From a virus (Duplodnaviria > Caudoviricetes), in the IMG/VR virus record IMGVR_UViG_3300035168_000171, positions 1 to 62,152 of that record: DNA of 62,152 bases; one strand, given 5' to 3'. The notes beneath the pieces were generated by a model. The model saw nothing but the letters and a program-made list of their open reading frames with translations. It did not search any database and was not told the DNA's origin. A program made the translations under genes and the position numbers. This document shows, piece after piece, positions 34,754-45,476 of the stretch (positions are counted from its first letter, which is position 1; the number at the start of each line of letters is the position of its first letter).

Positions 34754-35716
34754 TCAGCGCTGTTGCGCCCGCCACAAGGCGGACAGTTCGACGTCGTTGT
34801 AATCGCCGTTGGCATAGGTGGACCCGAACGGGTCCTGAGTGTTCTGCTGGTTCTCGTCGATCGATACGTGGCGTCGGCCGCGATCACGCAGCAATGACAT
34901 GTACCCGGCCCGGTCGAGTTCCTTCATCGGTACACCGGCTGACTTGTCGATCTCAATCGAGTCGCCGTCCTGGGCGTGTTCGATCGAGTCGAGGCCGACG
35001 CGATCGATGTGCGGCCCGGGCCAGCGGTCAAGCCTATAGCTGACGATGTACATGTCGGTGATCCTTCCAGATGGTGGAGGTGGCAGGTCAGGTTGATTCT
35101 CGAAATCAAGCACAGCCTGTGGGATGACGTCACCTTCAACCCACTGGATGTGCCACGGCTCCGACTGAAGTGACCAAGCGAATCCGAACCGGCGAGCATT
35201 GGCAATCAGCCAGTCAAGTGCCGGGGTCCAGCCGACGATCCCAGCCGACGTCTTCAATGCCCCATCGATCGCACAGCCCCACCCGTGCGGTGACGTCCCT
35301 GGCACGGCGGCGGTCGCCGGGTATTTCGGTTGCGTCGGAGTACCGATGTTCTTCTTGATCCAGAACTCAGACGCATAACCGAGTGACGGAGCTGCAGGCC
35401 ACCGTTTCCGATTAGCACTCGGGGCGGCATTGTACGTCGTTTGACTAACCGGCTCGTAACGAGCGAGGAATACCGCGAGCTGAACCTCGTACGTACGGTA
35501 GGTATCGGCCACAAATGTCCACCACAGTGTCCACCCTCCTGCCTTCAGTGCCGCATCTGCGAGAGCAAACCATCCACGAGCAACCGTATGATGTAGCCGA
35601 GCCAAACTTGCAGTATCTGGTAAGAGTTGTACGAGCAATACGCCATCGATATGGCCATTCGGTTGGCCCATCAGATCAGACGGCGGAACAGTTGACTTGA
35701 CTGGAAGAACAGCCAT
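34754..35716 (-). CDS. Endolysin, M15 (VanY-like) peptidase
   Basis: YRTYEVQ, PGTSPHGWGCAID, EPWHIQW. Confidence 0.88.
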   Translation of the reverse strand: MAVLPVKSTVPPSDLMGQPNGHIDGVLLVQLLPDTASLARLHHTVARGWFALADAALKAGGWTLWWTFVADTYRTYEVQLAVFLARYEPVSQTTYNAAPSANRKRWPAAPSLGYASEFWIKKNIGTPTQPKYPATAAVPGTSPHGWGCAIDGALKTSAGIVGWTPALDWLIANARRFGFAWSLQSEPWHIQWVEGDVIPQAVLDFENQPDLPPPPSGRITDMYIVSYRLDRWPGPHIDRVGLDSIEHAQDGDSIEIDKSAGVPMKELDRAGYMSLLRDRGRRHVSIDENQQNTQDPFGSTYANGDYNDVELSALWRAQQR

Positions 35717-35725
35717 GATGATAGC

Positions 35726-36640
35726 TTACACTGCGCCTTGGAATTGAGTGCCGAGTCGCCATCCAGCATCGCGGGCGAGGTAGCGGATGACAATGATCCC
35801 AGATCCACCAGTTCCGCCATTGAGAGCCGGGAAGTTACGTTGTGCCCCGCCACCGCCACCACCAGATCCGATGTCACCCCCTTGCGCAGGATCACCGGCG
35901 TCACCACCACCACCATTTCCACCACTTCCAGGTGTAGGGCCGAGGTTACCGCCACCACCTCCACCGCCGCCATAGAATATTGACGACCCTGTACGCAAGC
36001 TGTTCGAAATGCCGTCACCACCATTACCAGGAGCACGAGGTGGACTCGTTGCGCCAAGCACGCCAGGGAATCCTGCTTGTCCAGCACCACCACCTCCACC
36101 AGCGCATCGTGCATCTTGAACACCATTCCCGCCGTTGAATCCGTTGATACCGGTCGCCGTGCCGCCTGTTCCTGGTGTATTCGGGAAGTTGGTTCCACCA
36201 CCACCACCACCTGATGCACCATTCCCACCATTGGTCGTGCCGCGACCGCCAAAGCCACCGCCTATAGCTGTGACAACAGCACCAATCGATGAGTCAACAC
36301 CATTCGTAGCTGGAATACCGGGAGTTCCTCCACCACCAATCGTCAATGCCGTCGTTCCTGTGAGTGCCGCGATCGTGTCCGGCACCACGTCGCCCGCACC
36401 ACCACCAGCACCACCGATACCATTCTGGGAGTTGCCTCCAGCGCCACCACCACCGACGACGAGCACGTCAATGAACGGCGGGGGGTCGGCGACGAGGGTC
36501 AGGTCGCAGGTGAACGTGGTTCGGTTGGCGTCCGTGCGAACGAACGTGTGAACGGCATATGGTCCGTAGAAGGTGAGAATATGTCCGGCAGAACTATGTC
36601 CGACGAAGTTCGAGGCATTGTAGCGCGGGCCGAGCGTCAT
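35726..36640 (-). CDS. Glycine-rich tail/fibre protein
   Basis: VHTF, LVVGGGGAGG...GGSGIIVIRY. Confidence 0.8.
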   Translation of the reverse strand: MTLGPRYNASNFVGHSSAGHILTFYGPYAVHTFVRTDANRTTFTCDLTLVADPPPFIDVLVVGGGGAGGNSQNGIGGAGGGAGDVVPDTIAALTGTTALTIGGGGTPGIPATNGVDSSIGAVVTAIGGGFGGRGTTNGGNGASGGGGGGTNFPNTPGTGGTATGINGFNGGNGVQDARCAGGGGGAGQAGFPGVLGATSPPRAPGNGGDGISNSLRTGSSIFYGGGGGGGGNLGPTPGSGGNGGGGDAGDPAQGGDIGSGGGGGGAQRNFPALNGGTGGSGIIVIRYLARDAGWRLGTQFQGAV

Positions 36641-36641
36641 G

Positions 36642-37049
36642 TCACGTGGTAAGCACGACGCCGATGTTGTTCGCTGTGCCGGCGCCGATGCTCGTGATCT
36701 CTAATTGGATGTCATCGCCAACGACAACTGGAACTGCAATGCTGAGTGTTTGAGTTCGCGTCGACGCTGTTGTGACAGAATCGACGACGGAGCTGCCTAC
36801 GAGAATGTCGATTCCCAAGACAGCCTGTCCATCTGCCATGACGATGATGAAATTGACGAGTGACATGTCGGCGGTAACTGGCCACGGCGGGCCAAGGTCT
36901 GTGAAGTTCGCCGCACCTGGCCAGGAGAATGTCGGAAACGCGGATGCTCCGCCACCAGACCCAGGACTGTTGCCAACACTGATCGCGCCCAATCGCTTAT
37001 TCGGGTCGAAGATCGGATCAAGCGGTCGTAATCCGCGAGTCTGAGTCAC
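36642..37049 (-). CDS. Minor tail protein
   Basis: Position; beta-rich, GDDIQLEI. Confidence 0.65.
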   Translation of the reverse strand: MTQTRGLRPLDPIFDPNKRLGAISVGNSPGSGGGASAFPTFSWPGAANFTDLGPPWPVTADMSLVNFIIVMADGQAVLGIDILVGSSVVDSVTTASTRTQTLSIAVPVVVGDDIQLEITSIGAGTANNIGVVLTT

Positions 37050-38941
37050 GACTGCACCGACCCGCGCACGACCTGATTCCGTCCTCCAAGTTGCTGGAGG
37101 AGGCGAGTCGTCTTACGTTCTGGCACATCGAGTTTGGCATTCAACTCGAGGGTCCAGACTGCGAATCCGAATGTCCCCGATTGCGGGTCATCATCCTGGG
37201 TGGCTTGAATACTGAGGACCCGAACGACTTCGGTCCCGCCGCCAGCCGCTGGCACCGTGACGTAGTCACCGACTTCGAATGCCTCGTACGGACAATCCGC
37301 CGTTGATACCGGTTCGATCACGGCGACGATCGCAGGGTACTGACTCTGTGCGCGACGAAGGAGTTCATTCTCACCCTGGAGGATCGCTTCCATCTCAGAT
37401 GGAGCGTCAGTCGAGAATCCATCTTCAACAGCAGTCCCATACGCCGTGATGGCCGCTGCGTCTGGTACGACGACGTAGCCACCTTCCCACTGCACCATGA
37501 GGGTGTTAGCATACGGAGCTGTCGCACTCCGCTCGAAGGCAACGAGATTCACTCCGGCTGCGAATGTCGCAGCAGACGTCGGACTTGCGGGAGCTCGACC
37601 GCGCTCCACGTCGAGAATCCACGTCCCGGGCTGGACGTGCCAGTTGATCCATCCTTGCGCATCGAGTTCTTCGAGCGCGTTCATGAGTGTGGACCAGACC
37701 TCAACGGCGAATGTCGGAAGATCAGGTCGTGTGACACTCGCTACTGAAGGACGCCAATCATCGCTGTTTGAGTCATCTGTGGCAGTGAATGTGTTCGAGT
37801 TGTAGATCGTCATCGCTCCGCGTGCCGTTGCCTCGTCGATGAGTTTCTGGATGATCTCCCCTGGTGTCCAACCCGGCCACGTATCTGGATCGTACATGCT
37901 GACCCACGTGTCATCCGATGTGAGGATGTACGTTGGTGGCACCGAGAATGCATCACCTTCGATGTACGCCGCGAATATGAGTCCGCCCGGGCTGCCGAAC
38001 GTAGCGCCGCCGGCGAAACTCTCGGCTGGGCACGCCGGCCATACGATTGCAGCGCCGTCGCCGAGATCGGCGTAACTGATGTTGTAGACGGCAGCAGCTA
38101 CCGTGTATGTCCCAGCCGGAAGCCATACCGTTTGTTCCTTCCAACCCTGCCAGATCCATGCGTCACCATTGAGGATCTCTTCACCGAGAATCGGCACCCC
38201 CTCGATGAAGAGAGTGAAGAAGTTGTCGCCTGTCACCGTGAATGTGATAGGCGCTCCGCCGCCGAGTGTGAACTCACCGCGGAAGAAATAGTACCCAGGG
38301 TCATTGTAGTTGGGCATGACCGACGAGTCTGGTCTGATCCAGAACGTGTCGACGTAATTCGCAGTTGGGACAGCATCCACCAAGTTGAATGAGTTCGTTG
38401 TCCACGGGAATCCGATCGGCGCCGGGTACCAGATTCCATCTGGAGCGATCTGTGCATGTCCGTAGCAATCCATCGTCGTGACGCCGTCGAGATACTCCTG
38501 ATACGCGACTGCATCGGGCCACGCGCCAGCACCCGGATACGCCGGACTCGCGAAGCTGAACAAGCGCCACGTCGTGCCGATCATGAATTTGAGGTCATAC
38601 TCTGGATAGGTGATCGCATCATCCATGATGCACGCCCAACCACGACCCGAGATCGATACAACCTGATCAAACTCTTCACCCCGCTGAATCACGCGGTATT
38701 GCGGCTTGCCTTCGATCTTGAATGTGAAGCGGACCGTGCCTTCAACGAGGCAATTGACGTATCGTCCCGGGAAGAGTTGTGCACTACCAGCCTCCGACAA
38801 GGATAGTGATACCTGACCGCGGCCCGGCCCATTCTCCTCATCGTAGAACTCAATGCCGAATGCATTGGCAAGCGGCGTTCCACTGACGGGTGTTCCGGTG
38901 TTGTCGAGCAACTGAGCCGTCATGGCCCTTGGGTACGTCAT
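37046..38941 (-). CDS. Minor tail (baseplate hub-like) protein
   Basis: Second gene after the tape measure; FEVGDYVTV; internal beta-sandwich insert. Confidence 0.75.
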   Translation of the reverse strand: MTYPRAMTAQLLDNTGTPVSGTPLANAFGIEFYDEENGPGRGQVSLSLSEAGSAQLFPGRYVNCLVEGTVRFTFKIEGKPQYRVIQRGEEFDQVVSISGRGWACIMDDAITYPEYDLKFMIGTTWRLFSFASPAYPGAGAWPDAVAYQEYLDGVTTMDCYGHAQIAPDGIWYPAPIGFPWTTNSFNLVDAVPTANYVDTFWIRPDSSVMPNYNDPGYYFFRGEFTLGGGAPITFTVTGDNFFTLFIEGVPILGEEILNGDAWIWQGWKEQTVWLPAGTYTVAAAVYNISYADLGDGAAIVWPACPAESFAGGATFGSPGGLIFAAYIEGDAFSVPPTYILTSDDTWVSMYDPDTWPGWTPGEIIQKLIDEATARGAMTIYNSNTFTATDDSNSDDWRPSVASVTRPDLPTFAVEVWSTLMNALEELDAQGWINWHVQPGTWILDVERGRAPASPTSAATFAAGVNLVAFERSATAPYANTLMVQWEGGYVVVPDAAAITAYGTAVEDGFSTDAPSEMEAILQGENELLRRAQSQYPAIVAVIEPVSTADCPYEAFEVGDYVTVPAAGGGTEVVRVLSIQATQDDDPQSGTFGFAVWTLELNAKLDVPERKTTRLLQQLGGRNQVVRGSVQS

Positions 38942-39465
38942 GCAAATCGGCCGCCCGGGATGCTGATCTGAAGTGTCCCGACCCAAATCGACGGAGAGCA
39001 CGGATCGGCAGCCGGTGCAAGAGCGTACGATTGAGTGACGACACCATCAACATGAATGTCTGCAGCACGGTTTGCCGCACCGGGCACGGTAAGAGTCGCA
39101 ACCCGGATACCTGACACCGGAGAAACAACCGGCAGGAAGACGTTCAAGCGTAGGTACTCAAGGTTGGCCCTCAGTGCTGACCGAGTATCCACCGTTTCAG
39201 CAGCACCGGTCTGCCCGATGACATCGCCGACAACGATCAATCGTAGATCGTGACGCGTTACGGTCATTCGTCGTGGGTATGCGATGACTCCGGTTGCGCC
39301 GGGAAGAACACGATCCTGTCCGCGAACATCGAAATCGGCCCACAGCTTGACGAGTCCGCCTTCACCTCGTTCATCTCCAACGATCCCCCAAGCGCCGTTA
39401 GCAGGGTTCATGGAGATGGTACTGATGGTGAGTACTCCCTCGACGTCAGTATTGACAAGTGGCAT
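38938..39465 (-). CDS. Distal tail (Dit)-like protein
   Basis: Directly after the tape measure (TGATG overlap); RGQDRVLPGATG. Confidence 0.7.
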   Translation of the reverse strand: MPLVNTDVEGVLTISTISMNPANGAWGIVGDERGEGGLVKLWADFDVRGQDRVLPGATGVIAYPRRMTVTRHDLRLIVVGDVIGQTGAAETVDTRSALRANLEYLRLNVFLPVVSPVSGIRVATLTVPGAANRAADIHVDGVVTQSYALAPAADPCSPSIWVGTLQISIPGGRFA

Positions 39466-42400
39466 CAGCGCGGTCCTTGGATCGGTCTGTACTGACTCCA
39501 ACGAGACGGGTCGTATCGTCCGCCACTCCCGGCTGCGGCGCTCGATGCTGCTACGACTTCACTTGCCGTTTGTCGCGGACTGCCCGACTCATTGATTGTG
39601 ATGTCATTGTCGATCAAGACTTGAGTGGCAGCCTCTGGCTGGATGATTCCAAGCTGCACGCCGCGATTGATGAAATCCTCGAGCGTCGGGCCGGCACCAG
39701 GATTGGGCACACCCTCGGGGCTGATGACACCACCAAGACTGAGGATCATCTGCGTTCTGAAGATGTCAGCGAATGACGCGCCAACGATTTGCGCCATCGC
39801 ATCGAGTGCGACCGGATCGAACACGAGTTGACTGTTGAAGTCGAGTGTGATCTGACGTTCGGCCTCTTTCGCAGCATCGACAATCTGTTGCGTCGTGTTC
39901 TTCTGATCGATCGTTGGCAGAAGGTCATTCGTATCCAGAACATCTTGGATCGCTTCTTGAACAACCATGGCAGCCTCTGGAGTGATGATCGCCTCGGTTG
40001 TGACTTCCGCGTGAATCTCACCGATTGCAGCTTGTACCTGTTCCTGACTGAACTCAACGTCGAGTTGCATTTCCGCCTGAAGCGCGTCGAGTTGCGCTTG
40101 GAGTCCGAGTACGCTTGCGTCAGCACCCGTGATGTTCGAGAATAGTGTGCCGATTTGCTCCGGGTCGAGGATGCCTGCAAACCACCCTTGGATCTCAGCA
40201 GCAGCCTGCGGCGTGAATCCTGACGTCCAATCGAGCGTGCTGATGCGATTGAGTGCCTCGCCGAGTTCCTGACTGATCGATCCATAGACCGGCTCGAGGA
40301 GTCCAATGATCTCTTCCGGACTGAGGCCCTGTTCCAGACCAAGTTGGAAGATTGACCCGAGACCCTGCCCAGCTTGCCCGAGTGCCTGGCGAACCATCGC
40401 CTCACCCTGTGGTCCACCAAGGAGAAGTCCTTCCTCGATATTGGCACCGATGCTGGGGATATCGAGCACGAGATCGTCGATCGCGCCCTGGATTCCTCCT
40501 GTTCCGCCGAGGAAGAACTCATCGAAGGCCTTACGTGCTTCGTCTGCGGCAGCGGTGGCATCCCGTAGTGCCGCCGAGACTTGATCGATCTGCGCCCGGA
40601 GTCTCGTCGTCCGCTGATCTTCGAGCCGGCGGATCGCTTCCCGAATCACATCAGCAGTCGCACCGAGCTGTCCGTACTTCGCAATCAACGGGTCGACGGT
40701 CTCAGTCGTCTGTTCGGTAACCAAGCCGAGTGCCTCAATGACGCCTGCAAGTCCCTGATCGTTGAGGAGGTCTTCAATCTCTCCGAGCGACAGACCATAC
40801 TCATCGACAAGAGCACCGACCAAATCACGAGCCTGCTGCCGGACCGACTCTTCAGCAACACGGAAATCGAGATCCGCGAGTACGCCAGCAGGTGATTGCA
40901 TCGCATCAGTGACGTCTTCCGCGAGGCCGACAAGCGACTGGAGGAACGTGTCAATCGACGCTTCAGGCGGCGGCGTGAGGAGTTCAGCGAGTGCGCGTGC
41001 AGCATCATCTGCGACAGTTTCGAGTACTTTGATGAGATCGGTCGCATCTTCGATCATGTCGATCGGAATCTCGATGATCTGCCCGCTTGACAGCCGAATC
41101 GGTCTGACTTCTCTCGCGGCGAAATCGGCTAGCAGATCCTTCATCTCTTGCATTGCGCCCAACCAACCCTCGATCTGAGTTGGTGCACCGGCGATAGCGG
41201 CGTTGAGTGCGTCGATGATTTCGACCATAGCGCGAGCTCGCGCGAGTTCTTCCTCATTGAGAAGGAAATCAGCAAACTCTGTACGAAGGGCGTCCTTCAA
41301 TCCAGGGTCAAGGGATAGTCCGCTAAGGAGGATGTCAAATTCTTCAACGGTGTCGATGCCCTGCCGGAGTGTTGGCAGTAGCCGTTCCACTTCCGTGCGA
41401 ATGCTGTCGACTTCGACCTGATTGAGTGCCGTCAGCTGCTGATCGATACCTTCGAGCAAACCGGAGCGGATATCGCCCGACGGTAATTGCTCGTACTGTG
41501 CAGCGAGTTCCAACAGCGACTGTCGCATCTCATCTGCACGGGTGCTGAATTCCTCGAACGTGGGAGATCCGGCGGACAATTCTGCGGATAGCGCACTTGA
41601 CGCTTCTGCAACCTCACGGGACCATGTCTCGAATTGCTTAGTGCCGCCGAACAATTCGTAGACGCCGCGGGCAAGCGACTGGAACGGCTTCTCGAGCAAG
41701 GACACTTCACGATACAGCCAGTCAATGTCGCCTTGAGCGCCTCGAATGGCGGCCGTCCACGCTCCGATTGCGGCAGCACCTAGCGCAAGTGGACCGGCCA
41801 ACCGAGTAACCGCAGTGATCGCGGCGGCAACTCGCGGGGCAAACCCAGCGAATGCGAGTCCAGCTGCCCCCGCTTGAAGTTGAAGACTTACGAGAGCGCC
41901 ACGGAGTGCGTTCATTCCTGTGAACCCGGACGCAATCGCTGTTTGGATGTTCATAGCGACAAGCGCGGCGGTAAGAAGCCCAATCGCAACAGCAGCGGCA
42001 GGAGCGACACTATCGATAAGTTCAAGAACATCAGCAACAAGTTCGATGCCCAGCGCAGTCGCGTTCAAGACTTCAAGGAGCGCAGGCCCGAATACAAATA
42101 TGAATGCAGCGCCGGCGTCAAGAATGTCTGGCGCAAGAATACCGATGACGTTAGCAAGTTCTCGAATCCCGTCCGCGACGATTGGGAGAGCGTCTCGGGC
42201 GAGTATGTAGAGGACACCGAGGAATCGACCAATCGCTGGGAATGTCGGCTGCAAACTTGAGAACACGTCCTGGACAAGATCGATGGCGCCAGATAGCGCA
42301 TCACTGACTTCAGATCCAAATATCGAAATCGCACTAACGACACCCTCAAGTGAGTCACCAGCAGTCGCATCGCTGAGCCAACCAGAGAATCTCTCAGCGA

Positions 42401-43265
42401 CTCTGCCAACTGAGTCGGCTAGCGACTGAAGAAGATCATTGAACGGCTCGAGCGCACCTGCAAGCTCAAAGAGACCGTCACCACCTTCAGTCACAAGACC
42501 GCGTAAACCTTCTCGGATGTCACCGATAGCCGTTGTCAGCACACCACCGCTGAATGCCCCGATGAACGGCTCGACGATGGCGCTGCCAAGGGCTTTGAAG
42601 ATGTTCCCGAGACCCTGTACCTGCACACCGAACGTATTGAGGAGTTCCGGAGCGACGTCGCCAAATGTTTCCTGCAGGTGATCGTTCAAGATGGGAATGA
42701 CGTCTTCGGCGAGCAACAGACTCTGTCTGCCGAGTTCCATCACCTCGCCGGTTGTCTTACCGATGGCCTCAGCAATCACCGCGTACGCATTGATACCGAC
42801 TTCTGAAAGCTGACGAGCCTCATCACCTTCAAGCCAACCACGGCCCTGGATCTGACCGATCGCTCGGGCCAACTGCGTGGCTCCCTGCGTACCCTTACCG
42901 AGCGCTACCGAAGCAAGCGTGATGTTCTCGGCGAGTTCGCTGACAATGTCGTTTGACACATCGAACGTGAGCAGGAGTTGCGCTGCCCGTGACAGTGTCT
43001 TCGCGTCGAAGATCGGACTGTCAAGCGACAGTGTGGCGAACTCACGCATCGTGTCGCGGGCCACTTCCATCGACCCTGTGAGAGCTGAGAACAGCGCTGT
43101 CGTCCGCTGCATCTCTGTGTTGAATTTGACACCGGCACCGACAAGTTCGGTCGCGATGATCGCAGCCGCTGCTGTAGCGGCGAGTCCGATGCCTGCTATC
43201 GCTCGGTTGACAGCACTAGTGTTGGCCGAGACATCGAAATACAGGTCACCAATCTTGGTGGCCAT
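39465..43265 (-). CDS. Tape measure protein
   Basis: 1266 aa, helical and Ala-rich; AIGQIQGRG tape-measure domain; follows the chaperones. Confidence 0.92.
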   Translation of the reverse strand: MATKIGDLYFDVSANTSAVNRAIAGIGLAATAAAAIIATELVGAGVKFNTEMQRTTALFSALTGSMEVARDTMREFATLSLDSPIFDAKTLSRAAQLLLTFDVSNDIVSELAENITLASVALGKGTQGATQLARAIGQIQGRGWLEGDEARQLSEVGINAYAVIAEAIGKTTGEVMELGRQSLLLAEDVIPILNDHLQETFGDVAPELLNTFGVQVQGLGNIFKALGSAIVEPFIGAFSGGVLTTAIGDIREGLRGLVTEGGDGLFELAGALEPFNDLLQSLADSVGRVAERFSGWLSDATAGDSLEGVVSAISIFGSEVSDALSGAIDLVQDVFSSLQPTFPAIGRFLGVLYILARDALPIVADGIRELANVIGILAPDILDAGAAFIFVFGPALLEVLNATALGIELVADVLELIDSVAPAAAVAIGLLTAALVAMNIQTAIASGFTGMNALRGALVSLQLQAGAAGLAFAGFAPRVAAAITAVTRLAGPLALGAAAIGAWTAAIRGAQGDIDWLYREVSLLEKPFQSLARGVYELFGGTKQFETWSREVAEASSALSAELSAGSPTFEEFSTRADEMRQSLLELAAQYEQLPSGDIRSGLLEGIDQQLTALNQVEVDSIRTEVERLLPTLRQGIDTVEEFDILLSGLSLDPGLKDALRTEFADFLLNEEELARARAMVEIIDALNAAIAGAPTQIEGWLGAMQEMKDLLADFAAREVRPIRLSSGQIIEIPIDMIEDATDLIKVLETVADDAARALAELLTPPPEASIDTFLQSLVGLAEDVTDAMQSPAGVLADLDFRVAEESVRQQARDLVGALVDEYGLSLGEIEDLLNDQGLAGVIEALGLVTEQTTETVDPLIAKYGQLGATADVIREAIRRLEDQRTTRLRAQIDQVSAALRDATAAADEARKAFDEFFLGGTGGIQGAIDDLVLDIPSIGANIEEGLLLGGPQGEAMVRQALGQAGQGLGSIFQLGLEQGLSPEEIIGLLEPVYGSISQELGEALNRISTLDWTSGFTPQAAAEIQGWFAGILDPEQIGTLFSNITGADASVLGLQAQLDALQAEMQLDVEFSQEQVQAAIGEIHAEVTTEAIITPEAAMVVQEAIQDVLDTNDLLPTIDQKNTTQQIVDAAKEAERQITLDFNSQLVFDPVALDAMAQIVGASFADIFRTQMILSLGGVISPEGVPNPGAGPTLEDFINRGVQLGIIQPEAATQVLIDNDITINESGSPRQTASEVVAASSAAAGSGGRYDPSRWSQYRPIQGPR

Positions 43266-43540
43266 CAGAGTCCTTTACCGAGTGCCGTCCTGAACATGTC
43301 AAGCTCGTTTGATACTACCTCGTCAGAAACCTGCTCAGCCATCCCCGGTAGTGGACGTATGAGATCGATCCTCAATTTGTCGACTGCCTTCTTCGGAGCA
43401 CCGTCAGTCAGGTAGTGCCATACGACATTGAGTGCTTGTCGTACCGGGAGTTCCCAGATCTTCACTCCACGGGCAATCGCCCAACCGTCGAAATCATCAC
43501 CGACGGCGACCCAGATCAGCCGGACCGCCGCCTCGTAGGG
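43265..43540 (-). CDS. Tail assembly chaperone, -1 frameshift extension
   Basis: The -1 frame reads PYEAAVRLIW...DGWAIARGVKIWELP and overlaps the RPT end of the upstream chaperone. Confidence 0.7.
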   Translation of the reverse strand, partial: PYEAAVRLIWVAVGDDFDGWAIARGVKIWELPVRQALNVVWHYLTDGAPKKAVDKLRIDLIRPLPGMAEQVSDEVVSNELDMFRTALGKGL

Positions 43541-43848
43541 CGGTTCCCGGACTGCCCGAGGAGGTAACGCGCGATCTCGTTGACCTGATCGAGGTCGAAG
43601 TCATCGTTGGGATCTTGAAGTCGTCCAAGCACTCGCTCAGCCTGTTCATCGCCGAGACCCTCACCCAACCAGTTGAGGAGATCTCGGACACTGTCACCAT
43701 CGCTAGACGGCTTGTCGAGTCCGACCGTCGTGATCGCGGTCATGATCAGCGCAGCCCGCTTGGGCGGCGTGAATGTGAACGTCTCGCCGTCAAGTGTAAA
43801 CTCAACAGCCTGTCGTTCACGCTGCTTGGTAGTGAAGTCCTTCGCCAT
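43516..43848 (-). CDS. Tail assembly chaperone
   Basis: Ends GNRPTRRRSG; position before the tape measure. Confidence 0.8.
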   Translation of the reverse strand: MAKDFTTKQRERQAVEFTLDGETFTFTPPKRAALIMTAITTVGLDKPSSDGDSVRDLLNWLGEGLGDEQAERVLGRLQDPNDDFDLDQVNEIARYLLGQSGNRPTRRRSG

Positions 43849-43858
43849 GACCCTCCAG

Positions 43859-44281
43859 TCATTCGGACCGAATACGAGGTGCGGTCCGTGTAAACGTGAG
43901 ACGACGTGACGCCCTCTCGATGCCAGATTGTATCATGTTCTCAGGCGGTGAGGAACCTGGGTGATTGACTGATGGTCCGTAGAACATTCGCCCCTCACGC
44001 TGCCAAAAGAATGTGAGCTGCGATGCATTCTTGACGACAATCCTGTGCTCTTTAGACTTCTTGACGGTAACTCTCAGATGAGTGCCTCGCGTGCCGCGTG
44101 TAATCGTCGAATGTACTGGCCACCAAGCACCGCCGGCTCGTTCTCTGAAGACGCCCTTGATCTCCTTAGTCACGTTTCCTGCGAATCCTGCAACGACAAA
44201 CCCGACGGCACCGTCACGATCTTTGAGTTCGCGATCAAGTGCTCGCTTGTCGAGTCGAACGTCAACTGTGGTTTTGAACAT
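43859..44281 (-). CDS. Tail completion / neck protein
   Basis: VNHPG motif; position. Confidence 0.65.
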   Translation of the reverse strand: MFKTTVDVRLDKRALDRELKDRDGAVGFVVAGFAGNVTKEIKGVFRERAGGAWWPVHSTITRGTRGTHLRVTVKKSKEHRIVVKNASQLTFFWQREGRMFYGPSVNHPGSSPPENMIQSGIERASRRLTFTRTAPRIRSE

Positions 44282-44766
44282 CAGCAGTTACATCCGGCCA
44301 TCCGAAATCGGAATGTCCAAACGCCACCGACGCACTTACCTAACGGCGGAATTGGACGCCAGCTTTCAACGATCAAGTCACGACCTTCGACACCCCAACA
44401 GCACATGATGGCACGACGGAGTGCTTGTCGATCATCTTCTTGACGTTGGGCATCTTCTGTGATGAGATCTACATCTGGTAATTCACCGCCGTCTTGAAGG
44501 GAACCTTTCTGACAGCGGACGATGCCGAGCTCGACCGTTTCGTTGAGTGGCGCCGCGCAAGTTGTCGGTAGTCCACTCGGCTCGGGCCAACCAACCAGCG
44601 TGTCGCCGTGTCCGACCCAGATCTGACCGTTGCCGTGGAGTGTCGCTTCGCACGAATCGTGCGGGGCGTTCAGCCCCGGGTACACGAACTTGCGACATAC
44701 CGGAAGGTCAATCTCCTCTTCCGCGCAGTCGAGGAGATCATGAAGGGCATCGATCAGATCCGTCAT
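44281..44766 (-). CDS. Tail terminator-like protein
   Basis: LGIVRC...P.GKCVGG; position. Confidence 0.65.
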   Translation of the reverse strand: MTDLIDALHDLLDCAEEEIDLPVCRKFVYPGLNAPHDSCEATLHGNGQIWVGHGDTLVGWPEPSGLPTTCAAPLNETVELGIVRCQKGSLQDGGELPDVDLITEDAQRQEDDRQALRRAIMCCWGVEGRDLIVESWRPIPPLGKCVGGVWTFRFRMAGCNC

Positions 44767-45446
44767 GACGACTCAGAGCAGGTCCAGGTCGTCTGGCGTG
44801 GACGCCTGATGTCTGGAGTGAAGACTGCCGACCTCTTCCACGGGCCCATCTTGGCATTGTTCGTCGTGATCCAGTCGTCGATCACCCAGATGCCGGTGAA
44901 TCCATTCTCGAGACCTGAGAAGTTGTCGATCATTCCCATGGTGAGACCTTCACGAGTGACCGTCGTGAGTCGCTTTGGAAGCTTGCACGTCTGGTCATTA
45001 CAGATCGACTTTGCGTACTCACAGGCGAGGATTCCAGCGATCAACTCTCCACCTGGCGGGATCGGCTCACCCTTCAAGTATGTGACTGACCAATCACCAT
45101 GGAAGGTACCGCCATCAAGACGGACCAGGAACGCGTAGTCGTCGACGCGAAGATCGCAGGGATCGATGTCTTCGCCGGCAACGACGAGTTCAAGCGGCTC
45201 AGCAATGGGACCCGGAAGGAGAATCTCAGATATCCGACACATCGAGCGGTACCGATCGAAGAGCCAGCAACACTCCTCACTCTCATTCGTGTACGTGACC
45301 TCACAGGGACCGAAACGCTGGTTGGTCCACTCCCAGAGGCGATTGATCGCCCACTCATCGACCATGGCCTGGATGTTGTTGTCGAGGTTCTGGTACGGAG
45401 CGCAATCTCCGCAGCATCCACTGATGTCCCAGCCACACGCCGGCAT
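44763..45446 (-). CDS. Head-to-tail adaptor
   Basis: CKLPKRLTTVTREG...TGIWVIDDWI. Confidence 0.75.
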   Translation of the reverse strand: MPACGWDISGCCGDCAPYQNLDNNIQAMVDEWAINRLWEWTNQRFGPCEVTYTNESEECCWLFDRYRSMCRISEILLPGPIAEPLELVVAGEDIDPCDLRVDDYAFLVRLDGGTFHGDWSVTYLKGEPIPPGGELIAGILACEYAKSICNDQTCKLPKRLTTVTREGLTMGMIDNFSGLENGFTGIWVIDDWITTNNAKMGPWKRSAVFTPDIRRPRQTTWTCSESS

Positions 45447-45476
45447 GTGAGCAGACTACCACGCCGCTGTGAGGTA

